Assembly (NCBI GenBank): GCA_964255285.1
Contig: CAXUUL010000075.1
Location: 1 to 37,205, forward strand
Direction of reading: 5' to 3'
Source: Ionaspis alba
Lineage: Eukaryota
DNA length: 37,205 nucleotides
Under the pieces are notes generated by a model. That model saw nothing but the letters and a program-made list of their open reading frames with translations. It was not told where the DNA came from and did not search any database. Shown here in pieces: positions 23,422 to 33,819 of this stretch; the stretch's first letter is position 1; every line of letters starts with the position of its first letter. The translations under genes were made by a program, and so were the position numbers.

Positions 23422-23722
23422 ATTTCAAGTGGTCAGTTAAAGGACAAGTCGCTGTCTCGAGCTCTGATACTGTTGTAGCGTAGCAATACTTCACATGAGA
23501 ATCCGTGGCATCCCCGGGCCGTTCATCAAAGGCGGTGTGCGGAAATTTCGGGCAGAAAAAGTGCTTAGACTAGACTACCCCGGATTTCGTAGCTTCAAAA
23601 AGTTTACCTTGGTGAACACAACTTGGGCTTCTAAAATAGGATTCTTTGGGACTGTGTCTAGTAAACACTACCACAGCACACCTGTCTATCCGAGAAATAA
23701 AAAACCTCTCTGAACTGCAAAT

Positions 23723-24769
23723 ATGACAAGTCTCATGAATGGCCTCACTGGGAAGCCTGCCACTATGACACTTAGTGTCATTGGATGTGGTCCGTAACTA
23801 CTTTGCCAAACGCCTGATTCGTTCAAGCTAATTTACATAGGTACTCTCGGGACTGGTATCCTCTCCGGAATTCTTGCTTCCCTAGCAGACAATCAATCCT
23901 TGCCATCCAATTCGCACTCCTCTGGCACCAGCACACCGTCAGAAGACCGCCCCGCTCAAGTCCCTAGCCGCTTCATAGCTTGCGTCACCAGGAAACCCTC
24001 AGCGCAGAGAATCAGAGGCGCCCTCTCAAGTCTCACAAAAGACCTTACGATCCTAGAAAACGACAATTTACGCGGTGTCCAGGAGGCAGACATAGTGCTC
24101 TTAGGATGCAAGCCACAGATGGTGAAGGCTATACTCGAGGAAGAAGGTATCCGGGAAGCTCTAAAGGGAAAACTATTGATCAGTATCCTCGCTGGCGTTC
24201 CTGTCAGCCAGATTGAAGACATCTTGTATGGCAGTGTCAGCAGCAAAGATCCGGAGTCAGAAGGTCGATGCCGAATTGTAAGGGCTATGCCCAATACCGC
24301 GTCCCTGATTCGCGAATCTATGACAGTGATTGCGAATACGACGCCACCGCTACCACCCGATCTCAATGCTTTGGTGACGTGGATTTTTACCCGGATTGGG
24401 AGGGTAGTCCATCTGCCACCTGCTCATATGGATGCCAGCACGGCTCTCTGCGGATCAGGGCCCGCGTTTTTCGCATTGGTCCTGGAGGCCATTGCAGACG
24501 GTGCTGTAGCGATGGGACTCCCACGAGCGGAGGCACAATTCATGGCTGCACAGACCATGAGAGGTACGTCGGGCTTAGTGCTAAATGGGGAACATCCCGC
24601 GCTGGTTCGTGAGAAGGTCAGTACGCCAGGAGGTTGCACTATAGGTGGCTTGCTTGTCTTGGAGGAAGGAAGGGTAAGAGGAACAGTAGCGAGAGGGTTG
24701 AGAGAGGCGACGGTAGTGGCGAGTCAACTAGGAAAGGGTGTTCAAGGAGTCAACGGGACGAGGTTTTGA
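23723..24769 (+). CDS. PRO3: Pyrroline-5-carboxylate reductase, ~331 aa; exons 23723-23789, 23841-24769
   Basis: Spliced Rossmann motif VIGCGTLG, plus LGCKPQ, RAMPNT, ALCGSGPAF and VSTPGGCTIGGL. Confidence 0.96.
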
Positions 24770-25380
24770 AAACAAGTATTTGCATATGGTTGGTCGCCTG
24801 TTTCATTCAATGAGATACCCAAACTATCCAAACGACGAAAGCGTCGCACATACATGTATAGTGCAGCTATTTAGCTTTGTGGCGTGACCTTGACTTACAT
24901 ATGCGAGGTTTGATCCATAGTGCTTCGATCCTCAATCTAGTTTAGTCAGAGCAACACAGGAAATGGACCTGTTGCACTTCCTCTAAAATGGTTCCCATCT
25001 TCTGACCTAGCTTCGCATACCGATATCATGCGCCACCAACCTTTGAGGTATCGCATCGGGACATATATCGTTATCCTGCGTCGACGCTAAAACACCACAG
25101 ACAAATCTCCTCGCAAGATCTCCGAGTATTCCTATGCACGCGTCCGCGCGAAATTGGAGGTACGACTTAGCCCTTCCGGGCGGAAGCTCTATATAGTAGA
25201 GACCGTGGTTGCTAGATCCCGAACAGACAATCAGTCTGGCACCAGCCAATTAGCATCGTCGCCATGGCGATTTCTCTCCCAAAGGCTCGCTTACATACAC
25301 GGAAATCTACTCATTGGCATAAGCTCATTCTGTAGCCTGGATTTTGAGTTACACCTTGAGACTAATCCCGATTCATCATT

Positions 25381-28322
25381 TCATCTCTGGTCGACCGGAC
25401 TTATAAGACCGCCTTGTTCAGTGGCAGTGGCACGAAGAAGACCACGCTCTTCTCTTTCGTCCCCAAAGTCGTCTGAGCGCTCGTCTCCCCCGCCATCCAA
25501 GACGTACCACACATCTTTCTTGGTCAGAAGCCCCTGAAGTGTACCTCTCTCGCAGAACAAGACGTACTTGAGTCCAAGTTTGTGGAACATGTCAATCGTG
25601 AGTTGCAAGGTGCTCTTGGCATTCAGAGTAATGGGTGTTTGATCCATCCAAGGTCGGAGATCTAGTGTAGTCTGTGGATCGGCTTCTGGTTGATGCGAGA
25701 AAAAGACCTCAGTGGTTGGTGGTAATTCTCGTGACTCCGCAGCGACAGACTTCAAGGCGAAAATCAACTCTTTGCGAGTGATGTATCCAAGAAGAATGTC
25801 ATGGGCATGATCCGCTACAATGGGAAATCCTCGATATTGGTTGACCATGAGAAAACCTTGTAGACTCTGGAGTGTATTGCCCGTTGCAGTGAGAGTTGCC
25901 AGATCCTCGACTCTGGTCATGATTTGAGACACGGGGATGTCCGGGATTGGCGAATCGTCCTTGTTTTCTAGGAACGGATACTCATTGAAATGAATCCAGC
26001 TCTCGTAAATTCCTCTCTTGCCAAAAGCGTCGCCGACCCACTTGCTTAGCATAACAGCGACCATGATTGGCAAAACATAAGTCAATACTCCTGTCAGCTC
26101 AAACATAATGACAACAATAGAGACTGTCATCCTGGTGACTCCACCGAGAGCAGAGGCCGCGCCGATAATAGCATACGTACCAGGAGTAACGCACGGGATG
26201 TCGGGCTCGCAATTCGTGAAGATAAATAGACCAGGCAAAGATTTCTGGATCAGCTCGACAAGAATGCCGACTGCCCGACCGTATAGAGCTCCAATGACCA
26301 TTGAAGGTAGGATGATGCCCGCAGGAATCTGGAGGCCAAACGTAACGGCGGCGAAGAAGAAACCTAGAGTTGCAGCCAGAAGCAAAAGTGTGATTATTCC
26401 TGCATTAGCAGCCCCAGTCTGGCAGATCTTGAACTGGTCCCCCCCAAGAGCTGCACATTCTGCAAACAAAGTGTACAATAATTCGGTAGACTGTGCTCTC
26501 ATGAAGATATTCGGGAAGTTAACAATCGCGGTGACAACAGAGACCAGGACCACTTCTAGTACAGGAGATTGTGAAATTCTCGAGGATTTCCTCCATCTAG
26601 CCACTTTCATGTTGAGCTTGATAAAGAGTCCACCATACAGTCCACCCATTATACCTAGTAGGGCAAATGGTGCGAGCTCGAAACCATGCCAGCCACTGGA
26701 GTACGTCACTTGATACAGCACAATGTGGCCAGTCCTAAAAGGATTGAAAGCTTGTAAAGTCACGGCTGCCACCATAGCACACACAAAGCTCTGCCACATA
26801 GTCTTGTCTGGAAAGTAGTAGGATAGTTGCTGTGAAAGATCAGGACAAAGAATATGTCCCGGTCCAATTGTGGAGACTGACCTCGAGACTGAAGAGAACT
26901 CCTCCAATGGGTGATCCAAAAGCCACCGAAATCCCTGCAGATGCAGCAGCTGATAGGACTTCTCGCTTCCGAGCTAGAGAACCTTAAATACCGTGGTAGC
27001 ATAGCCTCCTTGGGTTGGACATACCTTCGTTGTCATTGAGGCTTACAGAAAGCTTCATTAAGAGGTTTGCACAGCAGCAGGCAACATGCACGAGCGGACC
27101 TTCCTTTCCGAGCCAAAGACCGGATGCCACCGCAAGACACTATCATTGCATATCAGAATCACGTCCAAAATATACTTCGGAAGGGTTGAAATACCAATCC
27201 CAATGACTTGACTACCAAGGTCCATGCACCCATAAAACGTCGTATCACGAAGCCTCCCAGGACAGTCTTAATTTCCGGAATACCGCTATGTCTGGCATAC
27301 CTTGCGTAATCCCGAACAAGGATAGATGCACAAACGGCGAAAAAGACCTAGAGGTGTCAGCGCCTCTTTAGGCTTGGAGAATGAGTGAAAATACGGAATA
27401 AATAGTGAAGAACAAGTAATCGACCACGTATTTCCCAGCTCTTCCTTTGGCATGCAGAGCGACGCTCCATGGTGTCCAGTCGAGACATTGAGCCCACTCT
27501 AGACGATCAGCTGCCTAAATCCACCGTACAGTGTCATAAGAACGATTTACCGTCGTAACCCCAACAGCAAAACCCCTTGTTCAAGTAGAAGCGACCTCCC
27601 CCCTCCCCGGCTTTGCAGTATCCGCTCTTGAGATCTCCCAACCAGTCACTCGCAACGTCGATCCCGGCTGCGAGAGCACCCGCTGCTATACCCGTCGTGA
27701 TTAATACTAGCCAAACCTGGCTGGCGTCGAAGAGCTGCTGTGCTTGCCCGAAGACTCCAGTAGCTCGGGAATAAAGCAGACGCAATCGCTGCCGCTCCTT
27801 TGTGTACTCGAAGATCCAATCGATAGCCGTCAAATCATCGTATCCTACCCTGCGTCGAGGACCTTCTGCGTACCAATCAAGAGTGCCGCCATCCTTGGTA
27901 TCATTCGAAGGTTCTCCTTCGCCAAAATGCCCGTTGCTACTTGTCAGTGATATATCCGAGTTGTTGAGCGCCGATTGCTCCCTCAGCTTGCGTATACGAG
28001 CGGACGAGAAGGGCGGCGTGTGTGATGAGCTTCGTTTTGGTGTTTGAAGCGGTAAGAGGAACTTTGGGAGCGATATTCTTGAAGGTAGCTTCTGTTTCCG
28101 CTTGAAAGAGATACTTCGATAAGTTAGTCAAATAGACTACTACTGGGGAAGGACAACTGACTTGGCCTGCGGATCCTCCCTCAAGGGATCATCACTGAGG
28201 ATTACATCGTCTCTGTCATTTGTTATTGGAGAGTCCTCCTCGTCACTCAAGCCTCCCAAATCTACGCTCTGGCTCTTATGGTTTACAGAGTTACCTTCTC
28301 TGTTGTCTGCTGATGAGGCCAT
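25381..28322 (-). CDS. CLC-family chloride channel/transporter with C-terminal CBS pair, ~878 aa; exons 28322-28162, 28113-27551, 27498-27395, 27347-27195, 27139-27025, 26973-26882, 26829-25381
   Basis: Reconstructed motifs [56 protein letters not shown] and GIYE, followed by CBS domains. Six short GT-AG introns keep the frame. Confidence 0.95.
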
Positions 28323-28536
28323 GGACGTCACGGAGTGACATCTCGGATTCTCTTTACAGAGTTCCGTTCACCTGAAATTGAACAAATGATCGTCAGCCTT
28401 GCAAGGCATCACCTTAATTGAGCTCGCGCCAAGGATTCGGCCACGCGCCGCCTCGCGACGATTGATAGACAAACAGCTCGGGCGTTGCGCTCTTCCCAGC
28501 TCACCAGCTCCTTCAAATCTCACTCTCCACCTCACG

Positions 28537-30199
28537 ATGGCGGATCACGAAGGATGTAGGTGTCGTTCTCTCGGCTTTGTGAATGCCCTCACTGATTGAT
28601 CTTAGGGTCATCGGACGCAAATAAAGCTATCCAGATATCACTTCTCCAGCCGCAGACAGTCCCACTCAAGACGGTCGCAAGCTTTCACCCACGGTACACA
28701 CATTCCATATTTGGCGAAGAGGAACGCATATTCGGCTATCAAGGGCTTCATATCGCTATACGCTTCGCTGCGCATAATCTGTGGCCCAACGTCCAAATCA
28801 GCTACAGTGCGAAGTTCAAGCCCGTGGGAGATACCAAAGCCACGGATATCATGACAATATTGAATGAGCTACTACCGCCTTGTATGTTCTGCTATTCGGC
28901 GGCGTGATGTTCATACTTCTTGTCATTAATTCCTTGAAATCTAGATGCTTTCGACAAGTCCACGGTGTTCGAAGCGGAAATCCAGGATAACCCAGGAACC
29001 TCTTCCTTTCAACCGCCAGGAAAGCTTGCAGAAAGTTACTCGAGCAAAGGACGCAACTATGAGATTTGGTGCGGTGAATTGACAGACCCTGCTGTACGAG
29101 TCCTACTCGACCGCATGCAGATTTTTGTATCGTTCTTCATCGATGGAGGGACACCAATTTTCCTCGAGGATGAAGAGTGGACACTCGCTCGGTGGCGTGT
29201 CTTCTTCGTGTATGTGTTACAAACACTAGTCCGAAGCGACCATCACTAATTGTTCCACGCAGATATGAGAAACTAGCCAACCCGCCCTCAGGCTCCTCGT
29301 CATATTCAATAGTCGGCTACTCCACTTCCTATCGATTCCTTACCTACCAACACACGGGCAATTCGCCTAGAAAGCCCCGCCAAAAATTCACCTTCCCGGC
29401 TGACCCACCCATATCTGTCTCTTCTCTACCCTCCCGCTCCCGCATCTCCCAATTTCTCATCCTTCCACCCCACCAATCCCATTCCCACGGCAGCCACCTC
29501 TACGACACCATGATCAAAACCTTCCTCGCCGATCCCGTTTGTACCGAGATCACAGTCGAAGACCCCAACGAGGCGTTCGACGACCTTCGCGACTACTGCG
29601 ACTACAATCGCTTATTGCGCAACGGCACACTCGCTCAGGTAAAGCTCAACGCAAACATCGACCCAAAGTCAACAGTCAAGCGAATAGGCGTCCGCGTACC
29701 AACCTCGAAGCTCCTCGACAGATCCCTTCTCAAAAACCTTCGCGAGAAGAACAAGATCGCACCTAGGCAGTTCGAGCGTATGGTCGAGATGTGGCTCTTC
29801 TCGAAAATCCCCAAACACAACCGACAAGCTGGGACGACGCGTCTAACGCAGCGGGCGAAAGCCGCGGATGAGAACGATCGGGCGTACTACTATTGGCGAC
29901 TGCTCGTCAAGCAGAGGGTTTACAAGCAGAACAAGGATTCGCTGATTCAGCTTGAGCGCCCGGAGAGGATCGATAAGGTGGAGGATGTTGTGGCTGTGCT
30001 TGTGGGCGATTATGAGAGATTGCTGCGGAGATTAGAAGTTGGGCCGGAGGAGAGAAGTGAAGAGTCAAATGGGATTGAGCGGAAAGGAAGAGGGAAGCGA
30101 AAGGTCATTGAAGATGAGGATGATTATGAGGATAACGATGATGGAATACCCATGGGAGAGGAAAGGGGTAGGAAGAGGAGAAGAGAAGACGAGGAGTAG
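28537..30199 (+). CDS. HAT1: Histone acetyltransferase type B catalytic subunit, ~498 aa; exons 28537-28555, 28606-28881, 28945-29209, 29263-30199
   Basis: WSSDAN, FHPRYTHSIFGEEERIFGYQGL, RMQIFVSFFIDGG, RISQFLILPP and EITVEDPNEAFDDLRD are Hat1 hallmarks. Confidence 0.96.
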
Positions 30200-30483
30200 T
30201 ACTCTCATTAGATAGTTTGGAGCGATTGTGGACAGCATTTGTAGCATACTCATTGATATGAAGATACCAAGCTTCTCATGGAAATTTTTACAATAGCTGT
30301 TTTGGCCGCGAATCACCTTCAAACATCTTAGGAAGGGCAGCTGCGAATAGTCAAAGTTTAATCGTTCCGCGAGGCGTACCACTCGCAAAGATCTGTTTAC
30401 TTTGCGCACGCAGCCGAATGTACAAGAAAGCGCTGCAGGACTTGATCAGCACCGACATTCCCGTTCAGCCATGATCTGCAGAC

Positions 30484-31921
30484 TCAATAATAGTAGTTCT
30501 CCTCAGGCGTCCGTCCCCTCATAAAGGGTGGTTCACTACCCCTGACGTAAATGTCCTCGAACAAGATCTGAGGCGTTGGCTCTGGTGGTGCCATCTTCTC
30601 TGCCTCGGCAACCTCAGCATCGACGTAGGACCGGGCGTCCTTGTCGATGCCCTTGAGCTCTTCTTCGCTGGTGACCTCCCAATCCAGTAATTTCTGCTTC
30701 AGTCCAGCAATAGGATCATTGGTACTGCGCATGCGCTGAATCTCTTCACGAGTACGGTAAGTAGTTCCGGGATCCGACATTGAGTGGCCACCATATCGGT
30801 AGGTCACATATTCGTAGACGAGAGGTCCGTGTCCGTTCTTAGTATACTCTTTACCATATTCGACCGCAGCCTTGACGGCCAGGATATCCATGCCATTGAT
30901 TTTCAGGCCGGGGATGTATTGGCCGCGTTTGTAGTAGTCTGTAAGAGCGGATGATCGGTTGGCAGCTGTGCCCATACCGTATTTATTGTCTGTAGGCCAT
31001 ATCTCGTAAGTGCTCATGTTTTCACAAAGCTCATGTACAGAACAGACTTACTTTCGCAGCCAAAAATGATTGGTAAGTTCCAAAGCTTAGCCATATTGAA
31101 TGCCTCGAAGACTTGACCTTGATTACTGGCTCCGTCACCATATAAGCAGATAGTGGTATTCGGTTTGTCGTTGTACTGGTTGGCGAAGGCAATGCCGGCA
31201 CCAACAGGCACTTGAGCTCCGACAATACCATTTCCACCATAGAACCCTGTTGAGAACATGTGCATCGAGCCACCCTTGCCATAAGCAATTCCTTCTCTTC
31301 GACCGAGTAGCTCGCCGATGATGGACTTGACAGTTCCCCCACGCATCAGAGCAAATCCATGGCACCGGTAAGCAGTGATTACATGATCCTCCTTCGTAAG
31401 TGCGTGCTCAATGCCGGCCGCGACGGCTTCTTGGCCTGTTGACAGATGGCAAAAGCCTCGGATTTTCTTCTCCTTATACAGTCTGTCTGCCGCCATTTCC
31501 ATTCGTCTACAGCGGTCAATTAGCGATGAATTTGCTCAAGATAGATTCAAAGCTACGCACCTTATCGATACCATATCGTAGTACATTCGCTTCAATTCCT
31601 TTTTCGTAGTGTTTAGGGTATACGGAGGCGGGTCAAGCTCGTAGGTCTCGAAGCTCTCGTCCGAGAGTCTGACCTGGAACGGCTTGTCATCTTCCTAGAA
31701 CGAGCCACGGATTAGCATCGCTCAACTGGAAGGGCGGTAGCCATCTTGCTGCCTGTAAAGCAACTTACAGCAGGTACGTCTTCCTTTTCGGCATGAGACG
31801 AAGCTGCATCGGTGGTCACCGCACGCTTAGAGATAGCGACAAAGGCATTGTTTCTCAGTGGTGGTACTTGAGCTGATCTGAGTGGCAACGCTCGAGCTGG
31901 TCGGAGCGCTTTGCTGAACAT
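30484..31921 (-). CDS. PDA1: Pyruvate dehydrogenase E1 alpha subunit, mitochondrial, ~415 aa; exons 31921-31769, 31694-31561, 31506-31052, 30989-30484
   Basis: [16 protein letters not shown]-binding [19 protein letters not shown], phosphorylation loop [14 protein letters not shown], and an N-terminal presequence. Confidence 0.98.
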
Positions 31922-32154
31922 CGTTGAATTTGGTTGATGTTGAGGAATCTAGTAATGAAACTCTCATGTCCACTCGGGGGAAGATGTTGGGAGAGCTCCG
32001 GGATGGAACTAGCATGGCTTGGCCAAAATCTGGTTCGCTTAGCATTCTCCTCCCGACATCTCCCCACTAGCTGCCCCTCAACTCAAGGGCCACCAGTTGG
32101 GCTCGATTATTGGACTCGGTTGATGAGATGCTTTTCTATATATCTAAACGTATA

Positions 32155-33455
32155 TTATGCTGCCAGAATGTTCGCAGCCACGGCTTTGACAAGCTCACGC
32201 ATGCCTCTAACTCGTTCCTCCCTGCTATCCTCTAAGAACAACCTAGCAATCACCCAAGCATGAATTCCTCCAGGCTCCTCTTTCACACTAACGCTGATTC
32301 CACTCTTTCTCAACTTGAAGATCAATTCTCTAATCTCTGGTCCAAAGACTTCTTCGCTTCCGTACGTAAAGTAGAACCCACGTAATGGAGCCGCTGCCGC
32401 CCAACGACTGAAGTCATTACATAGGCCGGGAGAAACGAGAGGATCTAATAGATGCTCTCCAGCATATTGAGTGCCGTACAGATGCAAAGACTCCGCATTC
32501 AGGTAATCGCTAGGGGTGTCGCGATTTTTGTCGCTCACTAGAGTCACCCAGGGACTCAGTAACGCCGCATAGCCTGGGCGTTGTATTCCACGTTTAGAGC
32601 CTTTCTTCGCAATGTGTAGAAGAAGACTGAGCACGAGTGTAGCACCAGCAGAATCCCCAGCAACACATACTCGTGAAGCATCGTTAGAGACCAGGGAGAG
32701 TGCGTGTAGATAGCCAGTCAAGGTCTGCGAAAGTTGTGTAGGGTATTGCGCATATGGCACTAGGCTGTACTCCAGAGCAAATATCGCCGGATTGCGATAC
32801 TGTGAGTTTGCCTTCAACATGGAGAAAAGACCAAGGAGGGGCTCCAAGTAAAAGTAAACCGAACCCATGGAGAATCCTCCGCCGTGACAGTAATAGACCA
32901 AGACATCTGGCTCTCTTGTCTCATCATCAACAATATAGAGACCGCTGAAACCGTTCTTTGAAGTCTGGCTTAGCGTATAGACAGTACATGGGTAGGTTAG
33001 ATTTGTTGCTACCTTGTCAATCTCTCGCCACGTCACTGGGGATGCAATGTAGCCATGGCGTAGCAGACGAAACCTCAGGAAAGGTAATGCCACTTGTTTT
33101 GAAAAGAACACTCGCCCGATCTTGGCGGGGATCTTTGCAAACGCATAGCGTACACATCTAATAACGAAGTCCTGGAATGGAGAGGCTTGCTGCACAAACA
33201 GAGTCTGCAATCGCTTTCTAGTGAAGAATCTTTCTCGAACAAAGATGTAGGGTAATTCGATAACTTCGAGACGCATCAGACAGCATCCTCAGCTGTGAAT
33301 GAGAGTCTATGGGAGATGGAAGTCTTACATAGAAATGGGATTGTCTTGATTCCACAAATAATTAAATCAAACAAATTCACATTCAATAACAATTGTGGTA
33401 TGAGGAAGAACAAGAAAACAGCGCAGTCAAGGTATGAGACTTGACCCAGTATCAT
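32155..33455 (-). CDS. Alpha/beta hydrolase, GDXG/HSL-like (Say1/Mug180-like), with N-terminal hydrophobic segment; exons 33455-33329, 33263-33013, 32955-32155
   Basis: HGGGF oxyanion motif, GDSAG nucleophile elbow, LLSPW and GGIHAW. The second intron (57 nt, 3n, stop-free) is tentative. Confidence 0.88.
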
Positions 33456-33819
33456 GATGAACAATTGAGGCCCTTGGAGCGACAAGGGTGGAGAAATCCA
33501 TTCGAGTTTTTGGAAATGGCCGAGTCGATATGGCGCATGGTTGGGGTTCGCCTTTTGGCACAATTTACATTAAATTATGAAATTTTAGCCTCTCGCTACT
33601 CTAGCCGGCTTCTATGGAGCTTTGACTACGCGACCTATTCACCATCTCTCTATACAGGTCGACTTTTGCATCCATCGTGATGTTACCACTTCACTCCTGT
33701 GGAAGGCAAATAGTGATCATAGACATTCTTCTGTACGACATGATCAATGACTTGACGCGCTAGACCGAGTGCTTCGAAGAACCTCCTGATCTTCACGCTC
33801 GGAGTGAATCACCCTCAGC

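Noticed and set aside
23495..23713. 72-aa ORF ending 9 nt before PRO3 as a regulatory uORF
   Set aside because: Its ATG is only ~73 nt from the divergent CTK3 start and probably lies upstream of the PRO3 TSS. No supporting motif.
24770..25380. Short ORFs in the PRO3-CLC convergent gap
   Set aside because: No recognisable homology or gene structure; consistent with two 3'UTRs.
26108..26713. 201-aa antisense ORF within CLC
   Set aside because: Shadow of the transmembrane-coding strand.
33670..33790. Possible C/D-box snoRNA or 5'UTR intron upstream of the RING gene (GTGATGT ... CTGA)
   Set aside because: Imperfect C box, no terminal stem or recognisable rRNA guide, and a weak splice donor. 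An Infernal/snoscan search would be needed.
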